Below, piece by piece: positions 28,680-43,270 of a stretch of DNA of 64,000 nucleotides. The first letter of the stretch is position 1, and each line of letters starts with the position of its first letter. The position numbers and the translations under genes were made by a program. The notes beneath the pieces were generated by a model, which saw only the letters and a program-made list of their open reading frames with translations, had not been told where the DNA came from and did no database searches. The stretch covers positions 70,556,001 to 70,620,000 of the forward strand of contig OZ024747.1 in the NCBI GenBank assembly GCA_964016885.1, in the 5' to 3' direction. The stretch comes from Eledone cirrhosa. Taxonomy: Eukaryota.

Positions 28680-29105
28680 GGCGGTGGATTGGCAGTATCG
28701 GTAGAGGGTCGGACGCCATGCATTCTAGCATAGTTACGTCTCTTTACGATCTGAGTTCAAATCCCGCCGAGGTTGACTTTGCCTTTCATCCTTACGGGGT
28801 CGATAAAATAAAGTACCAGTAATGCACTGGGTAATTGCTGGCCTTGTGCCTAAAGTAGAAACAATTATTTATTGGATTGGCAGTATTGGAAGAGGGTCGG
28901 ATGCCATGCTTTGATGTATAGAGTTACGGTCCTTGCCATTCTGAGTTCAAATCCCGCCGAGAATAACTTTGCCTTTCATCCTTACAGGGTCGATAAAATA
29001 AAGTACCAGTAATGCACTGGGTATTTGCTGGCCTTGTGCCAAACGTAGAAACAATTATTTATGCTGGCCTTCTGAGGGCGGTGAATTGGCAGTATCGGTA
29101 GAGGC
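28680..29105 (+). mobile_element. Tandem cluster of family-A SINEs (two full copies plus one head)
   Basis: Copies at 28680-28870, 28873-29060 and 29075-29105. Confidence 0.85.
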
Positions 29106-30243
29106 AAGAAAAGAGTTCCGAGGGTGTGAGTGGGAGTGGTGGAAAGACATTAAAAGGGGGGAGGGGGAGGGGAAAATTAAAAAGAGGGTAAAAAAATTTA
29201 AATGAAACAAGTGGTGAAAGGGTGTGAAGCGTGTGGGGGGTGGATGGAGGGGGAGAGGGAGACAGGTGGTGTGGGGGTTTGTGTGTATATTAGTGGAGGG
29301 GTTAGTGGGATGTGTGCGGGGGGGGGGGGGGAGAGGGAATGAGAGAGAGAGAAGGTGCTGGGGACAGTATGAGTGAGTGTAATGTACTAGTGTGTGTGTG
29401 TGTGTGTGCGCGTTTGGGTATGAGTGTTTGTGTGTGTGGTAGAGTGGGTGTTAGTATTATTGGTGGTGGGGGAGTTGAATGCGGGTGTGTGAGTGGGGGT
29501 TAGTGGTGGTAGTGTGAGTGTGGACTGGGTGGTGTACAGGTGTGTACGTGGGTGTGGGTGAGAGTAGTGTGCTGGTGTGTGTTCATCTGTGTGTGGTGAG
29601 GGGGAAGGTGGGTTGGGGGATGTTTAGTGTTATTAGTGGTGGGTTGGTTGGCCATGGGTGTGTGGGTGGGGGTTAGTGGTGGTAGTAGGCTGTGTGAATA
29701 GTATGAGTGAGTGTATATATGTACTGGTGGGTGTGTGCGTGTTGAGGGTGTGGGTGCGCATGTGATAGATGGGGGGGTTAGTATTATTTATTGTGGGGTG
29801 GGCCAAGGGGGTAGGTGGGGTGACTGGAAGGGACGGTGAATCTTTGGAGTGTTTTAGTGGTGTTAGTAGGGGTGTGTGTAGGGGAGGCGGACAGTCGAAG
29901 GCTAAAGGAAGAGGGGTGGGGAGTTCAGGCCGGGGGGCGGGGAGTCTGTAGGGTGAAGATGGTGTGTTGCTCGACCCTAAGGCGGGTGGCAAGGGTCCCA
30001 TGGCATTCGATCAGGCCACAGACGGTGAGGTGGTGGGCGGAGTGTCGAGGGGAACTAAAGTGGTGGGCGATGGGGGAATTCCCGCCGAGACGAATATCTC
30101 GGAGGTGCTCCATGAACCAATCCTCCAGGTGATGTCCAGTCTGTCCGACATAGGTTGCACTGCACTCCGTGCAGTGAAATCCGTAGATAAGGTTGGAGGA
30201 GGTGCAGCGGAAGGCATGATGGACAGAGAGAGAGGGGCACACA
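29105..30243 (-). mobile_element. Second Neptune-like PLE 3' fragment
   Basis: FRCTSSNLIYGFHCTECSATYVGQTG..L.D.F.EHLRDI...SPIAHHF..H...RLRVEQ..IF.LQT..P, followed by a C/A-rich 3'UTR. Confidence 0.85.
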
Positions 30244-31199
30244 TACACATTTATATTCTTGTTTAAATTAATATCTTCCAAAATGGTTTTGTATGGAAGC
30301 AAGGTGTCATGGTATTGAAATGGTTTGTGACTTTGGTAATCCCTCAAACCTCTTCATAAATTGATGTGAATTGTTTTTCATTGGAAATGTTACAAATAGT
30401 TACGTTAAAGTTTTTATCTTTCCAATGTCAAGGTTGAACAATGTTTACCATGGTCAAATTTCAACAATGTGTTCATGTTCCTCTCTTTATTTAGATTTAA
30501 ACCAATTTATACTATAATATAATTAGTTTTTCTATCTCCTTTCTCTGCTGTCTAACATTTCAAATTTAAATCCAGTTCCTATTTCATATTAATGACATAG
30601 TGTTTGTTCTGGTCTTTATTGTTTTAGCTTGGTCTTAAGACAACATTTATAGTTTGTATAACATTTGAAATCTGTTGGTTAACTTGGTCACTTGCTAGAG
30701 TTTATTACTGCTAAACACACTAGTATTTTTAGTTAAATGGTTTGTCTATTTTATACAAATGGAAAGATAAATATGCATTCCCTTTTCCTCTTCTCTCTAT
30801 CTATTTGTCTTTCTCTCCGCCTCTTCTCTCCCTGTCTCACATTTTCTCTCTGTTATGTCAATGGAATTACCTACTCCAGTGGTTTAAAGTAGAATCTCCC
30901 ACAGTTTGATTTGTTAATATTGTCTATCAAATGTTACATATACAGATGAAGTGTTTATTTGTACTGTCATTACAAGGAAAACATCATCATCATTAAAATC
31001 TAATTTTCCCTGATAGCAAGGGTTAGACAGGAAGGATGGGTTTCTATCTATCTGCCTATTTCTATCCATCTCTCTTATCTATTTGCAGCTATGACATGTG
31101 CACTATAATGTCTTTGCTAATTACAAAACTGTTTTATGTAAATATGACATTGTTAAATATTTATAATTATTGTACTGGTACCATAACAAGATGCACTCA

Positions 31200-31363
31200 G
31201 CTGGTGTCATGATAAAATGCACCCATCCCACATCGTAAAGTGGCAGTGCTGGTGTCATGATAAAATGCACCCATCCCACATCGTAAAGTGGTAGTGCTGG
31301 TGTCATGATAAAATGCACCCATCCCACATCGTAAAGTGGTAGTGCTGGTGTTATGATAAAATA
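31200..31363 (+). repeat. 48-bp tandem repeat (about 3.4 copies) within a decayed RTE/SINE tail
   Basis: Unit GCTGGTGTCATGATAAAATGCACCCATCCCACATCGTAAAGTGGYAGT. Confidence 0.85.
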
Positions 31364-32145
31364 ACCTGGTCCACTGTGTCAGGTGGAAGTGGTGTTTGCA
31401 TGAGAAAACATATGTGGAATGTAACATATGAGATATATGCAGCTCAGCTATCTAACCTAAATTGACAATGTGACAATCCATCTAACTCATGTAAGCAGGG
31501 AAAATAGATGTAAAATGGTGAAGATGATGATAATGATGTTGCTGATAAATGTATGTGTGTATAGAAATATCTATATCATCACCATTCTGCACATTAATTT
31601 CCCATGTTTGTATGTGTTAGATGGCTTGTTACATTCTGTGTCTAGATACATCAGATGACTGTATTTCAATCAAACCTTTCATAGTGACATGATTTCTATG
31701 GCTGGATGCCCTTTCTAATGCCAATCACTCTCTCTCGACACACACTCACACACACACACATATATATTTATTTATTAAAATAACAAATTAAAGTTTAAGC
31801 AAAGAATCGCAGCTTTCACCCTTAACAGGATCTTCTGAGTTTCATAAGATCCCATTAAGGGTGAAAGCAGCGATTCTTTGCTTAAACTTTAATCTGTTAT
31901 TTTAATAAATATTTGTTCTATAATTTTATATATATATATAAATATATTATCCTTGTCAAGCCCTCTTCGGATTTTAGTCTTCACATTTATCACTATTACA
32001 GTAAATGTGGTTGGTGTTAGGAAGTGCATCGAGCTGTAAAAAAAACCTGCCAGAGATGCTTCCAATGGAACCAAACCGTCTAACCCATGCTAGCATGGAA
32101 GATGGACATTAAACGATGATGATGATGATGATGATATATATATAT

Positions 32146-32260
32146 CATGAATCTTGTTATTCTGGAGTTTCACCTCTGAAATCATAGGATCATCAGACAA
32201 GAGTTGTCTGATGATTCTTTGAATAAACAGGTAAAATTCAAGAGTCACTAGACTTATGAC
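32146..32260. ncRNA. Fold-back containing opposed HHR motifs
   Basis: Minus 32152-32202: TCTTGT CTGATGA TCCT...AGGT GAA ACTC-CA-GAAT A ACAAGA. Plus copy at 32204-32250 has G12 mutated to A. Relatives at 22000-22100, 22810-22865 and 26585-26670. Confidence 0.7.
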
Positions 32261-32282
32261 TTTGTCCATCACCATCACATGG

Positions 32283-32331
<49 letters not shown>

Positions 32332-32678
32332 CATAAATATTAATGGTGACACAGCTAAGGTCAACACTAAAAGAGAGAGAAAGAAAACTACAGACAAAAA
32401 TGTAAACTTTTCTCTTTATATATTGTATGTAAAAATATTTTTGCCCCATATTCTTATTGTTCTTATTAACATACAATTTAATTGCATTATACGCTTCCGT
32501 CGTATGAAGAAGCCTACAAGCTGAAACTGATACAAATTATGTGGAAATTCTTATTTTTGTAAATAAATGTTTTGAGACAAAATCCCGTTAGCATTTTCTA
32601 CTGTTTTTTTTCTTTTTTACTATTTTATATATATGTACTGATTGTGTTGTTATTTCTGTTTAACTTTAACATATATAT

Positions 32679-32770
<92 letters not shown>

Positions 32771-33110
32771 CAACACTTACGTGGACCTCTCAAAATTTGT
32801 TGGATTTTCTAATTGTATTTTCACCCCGAAACTGGATACCAACCCGGAGAACACCTGAACTTCCACCAGGAAATCTTTCGTATCATTGAAATTTTCTTTG
32901 CTTCTTGCATTTAAATATTCCATGACTCTCTACCAGTTTTCCTCTACTACAATCTTCTTACACCACCATCTTTTCTCACCCGTCTATTTTTCACTCCCAC
33001 CCTAGTACCTTCAATATGCCCAATCTGAAATCTTTTCTATTTTAATCTAAAGACATTTTTTTCCAATTCCATCCCGCCTGTCCCCTCAATCTATCTTATT
33101 TCTCATTCTT

Positions 33111-33146
33111 TCTTCTGAAGAAGGACTAGCGTCCGAAACGTTAAGA
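33111..33146 (+). ncRNA. Intact minimal PLE-type HHR (Neptune-like pLTR)
   Basis: TCTT CTGAAGA A GGAC-TAGC-GTCC GAA ACGT T AAGA. Flank is homologous to 28395-28520. Confidence 0.8.
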
Positions 33147-34243
33147 CCCTCTTCCTGCTATATCAAGCGATAACCTAATATATCCCTTCCATATACTGTA
33201 CTGATTGTGTTGTTATTTCTGTTTAACTTTACATATATATATATATATATATATACTCATATGTGTAGCTTTAATTTTACTTCATATGACACACAAACAT
33301 ATTAACATATATGCATATATATATATATGTTTGTGTATCTGTGTGCGCACACATGCACATATATGTTTCTATGTATATATAAATATATGCGTGTGTAAAT
33401 TTTAATAGTGTATACTAAGTTTGACGTGCATGATAAATCTGCAAAAACATGAAAAAATGTATTATATTTATTTAATTCTAACACACTATATTACTGATTC
33501 TGTCTTTCATCCCTTTGGACATTATAATATAAATGCTAGTTATATTCTACTTCGTCTATAAACTAACAATATTCCTATTATATATTATTATCTACAAATG
33601 TAATTAATATTTCCATTAAAATATATTTAAAACTTATTTTATGAAATATAGGCAAAGTCTTTAAAGAGTTGTAAATATTTTTATATAGAAAAAAAAACTG
33701 TATATATATAGGATTGCTACAGCTAAACATGTTTACACATTCAAAATATATGTGTGTATATATATATGTATATATATATATGTGTATGTATATATATATA
33801 TATATATCTGTGTGTATGTATATATATATATATGTGTGTGTGATGTGTGTATATATATATATATACATACATGTATATATATACATACATGTATATATAT
33901 ATCTATATATATATATATACATGCATGTATATATGTATATATATATATGTATATATGTATACATACATGTATATATATATATATATGTACATACATGTAT
34001 ATATATATATATACACATACATGTACATATATATATATACATGTATATATATATATATGTACATGTATATATATATACATGTATATATATATATATACAT
34101 GTATATATATATATATATATATTGGAAAATGTGTGAAATCCTTGATACTGTTAGGTATATTTAAAAGAATTGTAAAATCATAATATCAAATTAAATTAAA
34201 TTGTTTAGAATTACAAATGAAGTCATTCTTTTCCTTATTTTAA

Positions 34244-34337
<94 letters not shown>

Positions 34338-35168
34338 GTATATATGTATATGGAGAGAGAGAAATAGAAATACTTTACTTTATTCAAATTTCAACTATAT
34401 CTAAACGTAGTTTAAAACTTGTGACAGAAGACTATGTAAAATGCTATATGAATAATATTATACATTGACATATAACTTTAAAAAATGTATCAAGATATCT
34501 GTATAAATGCAAAGACTTTAATGGGTATATGTTAGATAGTGTTATATAGTGAAAAACGCCTGATGAAATATTTTGTAGGAATGCATATAATATGCTAAAG
34601 AAATGTATTAATTATCTGTAGAAATATATATAAATTAAAATGTTTAACAGGAAATATGTATAACAGCAAACATTACATATTTATATATAGTTCAAAAACT
34701 TGACGTAATATTGTTTAAAACAATTATGCACTTATGCAACTCATAACACACTATAAATTAGAAAACTTTAAATATTTATAGCGTATACATACCAGTTCTA
34801 CCCAGGTCTAACTTATTCAAATAGTTTTCTATTCAAATTTTAAATATCTCAAAAATTACATTTACAAATTTTTCTCATTAAACAAAAAGAGTTAGGTTGA
34901 GAACAGAGTCATAGATTATCAAACAATTGTGATGAAATACAATATTTTGTAGAAATATAGAAATGATGTGTAATGTTGAAAATTATTTACATTGCTCTAA
35001 TGTATCCCAGCCTGTATGAATTAAACATAAATGCATGTGTAAAAAATATTTAACTGTTTAGAAATGTAATATATTTTTCTGAAGCCCTGATTTGCATATA
35101 ATATATAATGATATATTTACATGTAAATATATATATATATACAAATATATATGTATATATATGTAAAT

Positions 35169-35200
<32 letters not shown>

Positions 35201-35206
35201 TTTTTT

Positions 35207-35548
35207 TTCATTCATTTTACGTCCACTTTTCCCTGCTTGCAAGTGTGGGACGGGAATTGATTCTGGCTTGATTTCTACAGCTGGATGCCCTTCCTAACAC
35301 CAACCTCAGTTACAGTGAGTGCTGGGTGCTTTTTTTTTTTTTTTTTTCCGTGGCATCTCCACGACCACTTTGCAGTGGAATAATAGGGACCCCAGTCCCT
35401 ATCATCTCATTTCTACAGCTGAGTAAACTGGAGCAATCTGAAATAAAGTGTCTTGCTCAAGGAAACAACACATCACCCGGACTGAGAATTGAACTCACAA
35501 CCTATCGATTGCAAGGCCAATGCTCTAACCACTAAGCCATGTGCCTCC
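35207..35548 (-). mobile_element. tRNA-SINE family B
   Basis: Reverse complement of 18675-19002. Confidence 0.85.
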
Positions 35549-35624
35549 ATATATATATATGTAAATATATATAACCACTAAGCCATGTGCCTCCATGTGC
35601 CTCCATATATATATATATGTAAAT

Positions 35625-35655
<31 letters not shown>

Positions 35656-35679
35656 AATATATATATGTAAATACATGTA

Positions 35680-35745
<66 letters not shown>

Positions 35746-35817
35746 AATATTTAAATGTTTAGAAATGTAATATATTTTTCTGAAGCCCTGATTAGCATAT
35801 AATGATATATTTACATG

Positions 35818-35855
<38 letters not shown>

Positions 35856-35866
35856 AATACATGTAA

Positions 35867-35898
<32 letters not shown>

Positions 35899-35933
35899 AC
35901 ACATATATCTATATAAATACATATATTTATATA

Positions 35934-36008
35934 CAGGGTGTACCCAAAAATGTATACATGGTTATTAGAATGTTGTTGAAGTATGAATACATTTTGATGG
36001 ACACACTG
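35934..36008. mobile_element. Tiny Tc1/mariner-type MITE
   Basis: TA|CAGGGTGTACCCAAAAATGTA...TACATTTTGATGGACACACTG|TA. Confidence 0.7.
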
Positions 36009-36595
36009 TATATATATATATATATATGTCCGTGTATATATATATATATATATAAACACACATACATATATGTATATAATATACACACATATATTTATAT
36101 ATATCATTACTTGAATATATTTTGTAGATGTTTCAATATTATAGGGTTGTCATTTAACAATTTTGATACCAACACTCAAAATGTCTCTAGTTTTATGATA
36201 ACAAAAAGTGTTCAACTTTTAATTAAAACCTTCAATCATTAAAGAAATTTTGTTAGGTTATGCTCCGCCCCGAACAAACTAAAAAACAGGAGGTTTATAT
36301 TATGAAATTCCAACAATTTTTTTAGTATTTTCAAAATTATATGGAAATAATAAGCAGTGCTTTTGAATAGAAAAAGGGGATTGAAAGGATTACATATATG
36401 AATGCATCAATATTTGCTCATATGTAAACTATTTTTCGGCAGGTGTGTGAAAGTCATGTAGAAAGCCTTCTAAAACATCATAGTTCACTGCAAATAAATA
36501 AGAGAGAGGGAAATAAACCCATTCTTCCTGTCCAACATTTGCTATCAGGGAAAACGGGTGCTAAATGATGAAGCTATATTTAATGTTTCATATCA

Positions 36596-36673
<78 letters not shown>

Positions 36674-36756
36674 CCACATCAGTATCACAGTGTCTGGATC
36701 AACATATTAGTAGTGATTGCTCAAACAGGTGAAACATCAGTGACTAAACCTTAAAC

Positions 36757-36794
<38 letters not shown>

Positions 36795-37599
36795 TATATA
36801 TATATATATATATACACATACATATATATACACATACATATATATACACATACATATATAATAGATATTCATATATACATTTATATAAATGTACATATAT
36901 AAATACATATATATATATATTCATACATATATATCTATATCTCACTCTCTCTATATATATGTATATATATATATATATATATAAGTATTGAAGTTTCCAT
37001 TGAAAATTGAAAAAGTCATAGGAGTGAAGAGTGCTCTATGTAAGTTACAGAGGTAAATTATATATATGTGTGTATATATATATATACAGATTATATATAG
37101 ATATAAGTATATATATATATTTATATATATATATATACATATATATATATACACACATATATAGATATATACATATATATGTGTATATCATCATCATCAT
37201 CATCATCATTTTACGTCCGCTTTTCCCTGCTTGAAAGGGTGGGACGGGTCTTATTCAGCACAGCATCTCTTAACTCATCACGGTCCTTTATATATATATA
37301 ATTAAGCATATATACACACACACACATATATATACATATATATATATATATAAATACGCATATATATACACACACATATATATACACACATATATGTATA
37401 TATATAAATATGCATATATATATACACACACACATATATATATAAATATTTAAATATATATACATATATATATATAAACATTTATATATATACATTTATA
37501 TATATATACATATATATACATTTATACCTATATATAAACATTTTTATATATGTATATATATATACATTTATATACATATGCATTTATATATATATATGC

Positions 37600-37643
<44 letters not shown>

Positions 37644-37936
37644 TTATATATATATATGTATTTATATATATATATATATACATATATATACATATATAAA
37701 TTTATATATACATTTATATATATATATACATTTATATATATATGCATTTATATATATATATACATTTATATATATATATATAGAGAGAGAGACATGTATA
37801 TATATTTATTAAAATAACAGATTAAAGTTTAAGCAAAGAATCGCTGCTTTCACCCTTAACGGGATTTTCTGAAACTACTTTGGATTTTGTCTTCAAATTT
37901 ATTATTATTACTATATATATATATATATATATATAT

Positions 37937-38124
37937 AATTGTTTCTACTTTAAGCACCAGGCCAGCAATTACCCAGTGCATTACTGGTACTTTATTTTAT
38001 CGACCCCGTAAGGATGAAAGGCAAAGTCAACCTCGGCGGGATTTGAACTCAGATCGTAAAGGGACGTAACTATGCTGGAAAGCATGGCGTCCGACCCTCT
38101 ACCGATACTGCCAACCCACTGCCC
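37937..38124 (-). mobile_element. Family-A SINE
   Basis: Reverse complement of 28680-28870. Confidence 0.85.
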
Positions 38125-38826
38125 ATATATATATATATAATAACATTTATATATATACATATATATATATAACATTTATATATATATATACATATATATA
38201 TATATAAACATTTATATATATATATATAAACATTTATATATATATATATATATAAACATTTATATTATATTATATATATATATATATATGTGTGTGTGTA
38301 TACTTGCATGTGTTGGCCTAAACCTGTAATTTGAGAGATGCTCCAGTTTTTCAAGCCAAGTGACAGCTTTGTTGCTAAATGAATGTGAAAGTGCCCGAGC
38401 ATTTCACAGATACATACACAGTTGAATTCTTAGGGAGATTCAACATGGTACAGTTTGTAAGAAGTATCTGCCTTAAAATCTACGGATATAACTCATTTAT
38501 CTTGACTGACCAGGAACAAAGTGAAATAAAGAGCCTTTCTTCCTTAGGGACACAACATACTACAAATATTCTATATATCTGTTTATTATTTTTCTTCTCT
38601 GTCATTAAATTGCAAGAACGCTGGGGTACCACATTGATTTGGTCAATCAGAGTGTGTAGTAGAAAACTATTTTCAAATGTGCTACACATTGGGTTTGTAG
38701 TCAAATCCGGGTGGTTGTGAAGAAAACTTCTTAACAATGTGACTATCATACATATTATATACGTATATTGTCACACACACTTACACAATCACACATACAT
38801 TTATACACTCATAAATATATACATAT

Positions 38827-38898
<72 letters not shown>

Positions 38899-39461
38899 GA
38901 AGAGAGTTGAAGATATATTAAATACATAAATTCATAGCTTGATGGTGTTTTTTATAAATAAATAAATACAAATGTATCTATAAATATATATATATTCAAC
39001 AATTCTTCAAGCAAGCTACAAAACTATGTTTTATATATATATATAACCGAGGTTAACTTTGCCTTTCATCCTTACGTGGTCGATAAAATAAAGTACCAGT
39101 AATGAACTGGGTAATTGCTGGCCTTGTGCCTAAAATAGAAACAATTATTATTATTATTATTATAAAAATAATAGATATAAATCAAAGTTGTTTGAGGCAG
39201 TCATATATATATATATATATATTTATAAAATTTCTTCTTACATAACCCCACCCAACATTAAACTAAAGAGTTAAATGGATTAAACAACCCTAACCACCCT
39301 TAACCCAACACTCAAATTACTTATCTAAAGAAACACAAACAACACTTTAAAAATACAAACAGCACTTAATCACCTAAAACTAACCCTTTAGTATTATCTC
39401 ATGAATATTATTAAACTAAATAATATAGAAAATTTACACAAAAAATAAGAAATACGCAAAA

Positions 39462-39625
39462 ATAATTGTTTCTACTTTGACACAAGGCCAGCAATTACTG
39501 CTGCTTTATTTTATCGACCCCGTAAAGATGAAGGGCAAAGTTAACGTCAGCGTGATTTGAACTCAGAATGTAAAGGGCCATAACTCTATGCTGAAAAGCA
39601 TGCTGTCTGACACCCTACCGTTACT
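39462..39625 (-). mobile_element. Family-A SINE (degenerate)
   Basis: Homologous to the other family-A copies. Confidence 0.75.
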
Positions 39626-40035
39626 TATAGCCTCTCCTACATAACATATTACACCTATATTAAACATACTTTAAAAGGAAATTCTTTCTACACCCTATCC
39701 ACTTATATATATGTATATATTCTTTATTGAGTCTAAGTAACAGTCCTGTTACTGTGGCATTTCACCTGTATGTCATTAAATATATATATATTCAATGACA
39801 CTGTCAATATACAGCCATTCTTTGCTTAAACTTTAATCTGTCAAATAATATATATATATTTATTATTTGTACAGATTAAAGTTTAAGCAAAGAATCGCTG
39901 CTTTCACTGTTTTTGTGCCCTCTTCGGGATTTTAGTCTTCACAATTATTATTACTATATATATATATATAATTACTATATATATATATATATAATTAAAA
40001 ATGTAAGGAAATAATAGACAAAAATATAACTATTT

Positions 40036-40067
<32 letters not shown>

Positions 40068-40339
40068 AATTTATATACACTCACAGAGAGAGGGAGGGAG
40101 ATAGAGAAAGAGAGGGAGGGATGAAGAGAGAGAAAGAATGGAGACAGATAGATAAACAGTAGTGAAAGAGTGAGAGAATGAAAATATTAGGTAGCCTAGT
40201 GCAATTAATTCAGTTTGAATGAAAAATGAAGTGAAAGAGGAGATATTTTAGAGAGAAGTAGTGTAATAGGGAGGGAGGGGCATAAATTGAAGAAATAAAA
40301 GTGCATAGATAAAGAGACACAATAGAATGTATGGAAAGA

Positions 40340-41900
40340 TGTAATGATAGTTATGATGGTGCTGGTTGTGGTGGTGGTGGTGGTGATGGTGGTGGTGGTG
40401 GTGATGGTGGTGGTGGTGGTGGTGGTGGTTGTGGTGATAGTGGTGGTGGTGGTGATGGTGTTAGTGGTGGTGGTGGTGGTGGTGGTGGTGGTGGTGGTTG
40501 TGGTGATAGTGGTGGTGGTGGTGATGGTGGTGGTGGTGGTGGTGGTGTTAGTGGTGGTGGTGGTGGTGGTGGTGGTGGTGGTAGTGTTAGTGGTGGTGGT
40601 GGTGGTGGTGGTGGTGGTGGTGGTGGTAGTGTTAGTGGTGGTGGTGGTGGTGGTGGTGGTGGTGGTGGTGGTGATGGTGGTGCTGGTGGTGGTGGCGGTG
40701 GTGGTGGTAGTGGTGTCAGTGGTGGTGCTGGTGGTGCTGGTGGTGCTGGTGGTGCTGGTGGTGGTGCTGATGGTGGTGGTGGTGGTGGTAGTGGTGCTGG
40801 TAGTGGTGGTGCTGATGGCGGTGGTGGTAGTGGTGTTGATGGTGTTGTTGGTGCTGGTGGTGGTGCTGGTGGTGGTAGTGGTGTTGATGGTGTTGGTGCT
40901 GGTGGTGGTGGTGTTAGTGCTGATAGTTGTGGTGGTGGTGCTGGTAGTAGGAGTGGTGGTAAGAGTAGTGATGGTGGTAGGTGTGGTGATGGTGGGTATA
41001 GTGGTAATGAGGGTAGTGTTATGGTATTAGGTTATGGTATTAGTGGTGGTGCTTGTGGTGGTGTTGTAGTATAAGTGGTGGTAGGAGTAGTGATGGTGGA
41101 TGTAGTGGTGATGAGGGTAGTGTTATGGTATTAGTTGTGATTGTAATGATGGTGGTGCTGGGAGGAGGGGATATTGCGGAGATGATGAGGGTTTGGTATA
41201 TAGTATGGTTTAGTGGTGGTGGTGGTAGTGATGATGCTGGTGGGGATGGTGGTATTAGTAATTATGGTAGAACTGGTAGTGATTATGTTAGTAGTGATGA
41301 TAGTGATAGTGATGGTGCTAGGTATGGTGATGCTGGTGGCTGTAGTTTTAGTATTGGTATTGGTGCTGTTAGTTATATGGTAGTGGTGATAGTAGTAGCG
41401 ATACACCCCCCCCCTCTCATAGTTGTGGTGGAGGGTGGGAATAGTGATGGTGGGGGTGTTGGTTGTATTGGTGGTAATGATGGCAATGATGCTTGTGAAT
41501 GTGGAGGAAATGATGGCAGTTGTGTTGGTGCTTTGGGGGGAGTGTAGTGAGGGAGGCAATGGTGGTATATGTAGCTCTGGTAGGAGAGGGTAATGTTGGT
41601 GGTGGTAATAAGGAGGGTGGTGATGGCAGTAGTGAACAATTGTAATGATGGTGCTGAGAGTGGGGGGTAGTACTGATGGTATATAGCATTGTCAGGGATG
41701 TTGTACATAGTAGAGACAGTGATGATGGTAATGAAGGAGGTACTGGTGCTGGTTGTGATAGTAGAAGTGGTGATGATGGAGGAATGTGTTAGCTGTAGTA
41801 GTGGTGGTGGCGATGATGGGGATGATGTTTGTGGTGGTGGTGGCTAGGGGGGTAGTGATAGTGGTAGGGGCATGGAAGAGTGGTAATAGTGGTGGTGTGA
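40340..41900. repeat. (GGT)n microsatellite grading into GGT/GAT/AGT-rich low complexity
   Basis: Direct reading. It accounts for the poly-Gly and poly-Val ORFs. Confidence 0.95.
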
Positions 41901-43235
41901 GCCATAAAGGGAGAAAAACAGCAAGAGAACTAGTTCTATTTCTGTAATGGCAGTGAGTGAGAAAACTAGTAGGAGCATTGACTGCAACAGAAAACAATAA
42001 AGCATTAATAAGGAACTACTGTTGTGAAATGATGGATAGAGAGGAGTAGTAATAGTAACAGTTAGAGGAGAAATTAGTGAGGTGGGATGGGGGGAGTATA
42101 GTAGCGGTTAGAGGCAGAATTAGAGAGGTGGGTGTATAGAAGCGAAGAAAATATGATGCAATGTGGCTGAAGAGATTGCAGTGAGGAAGTGAGGGAGAAG
42201 GATATAAAGTTGAAGTAATTGGGAGGAGCTGATGAGAGGGTGTGTAACAGAAGTATAACTGAAGTACAGGGTGAGGAGAAAGAGAAAGAAAAGGTGTAAA
42301 AAATGAATAACAAATAGAAAGACCATATATGGAATTTTTCAAAAAAATAATTAGTTGGAGGAGGTGCAGCATTGTCCTAAACTTGCAGCAAGCTCCTGCA
42401 AGCTGGTGAGAGTGATGTGATTGGTGTTCAGTTTAAAATCTAGTAGGTTGATGTCTGCAAGCAAAATGTGGGCTTTAAAGGAATGAGGTTTTTAGAGTTG
42501 AAGTATGAATGATTATAAGAAGTGTTTACTGCAGAGTGAAGGCATGTGACAAAGCAGTGGTAAGCAAAGAAATAGACATGAATACATCAAAAGGGCTAGG
42601 GTAGAGAGATGGTGAGCTATTCAGAAATGAAAATGCCAATGTTGTGTATTAGAAAATAGAATCAGTCTGTCAGTGTGGGATGAATCTGACTATCAACTGA
42701 GTGTCCATTGTGAAGATCACTCCGCCACCTTACTTAAGAGGGGAAGGACAGGCAGTTTTTATCTGCCTGGTGGTCATGGCGATATAGGTTGCGTAGTGGA
42801 TTCACTTGATAAAGTTGAAGACAAATATTTTACTCTTCAGCAAAGCCCTAATTAACTTTTTCAGGTTTCACCTGAAGAGAAAATTCAAGGTGGAGAGGGA
42901 AATGTTGCTTTCCAAGCAGTTTGTTGAAAGGTAGGTGAGAGTGGTGAGTATGATTCAAGTAAATGAGCTTGCTCTGAGTATGCACCTGTAAATTGGAGGA
43001 GGAGAATGTCTGAGAGAGTGCACTTGCCCTAGTCGTCCAGGTTACAGTGGCTTTTTGTGGGCTTTCTTCATGAGTGATCCTTGGAGGTATCGCCACTTTT
43101 GGGTAATTTGTTATGTTTTGATTTTTTTAATGTTTGTTTTTTAATCTTTATAAACTTTGCTATCACAAAAATCCCACACTGTACCATCTTTATCATCCTC
43201 TTACTGTACGTGCTGGATGACTAATAAAGAAAGCA

Positions 43236-43270
<35 letters not shown>

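Noticed and set aside
32495-32535. ATGAAGA-AGC/GCT-GAAAC as an HHR
   Set aside because: C3 is mutated and stems I and III are unconvincing.
40331-41708. Gly-rich, Val-rich and Thr-rich ORFs
   Set aside because: Translations of (GGT)n low complexity, open in several frames, with no splice or domain support.
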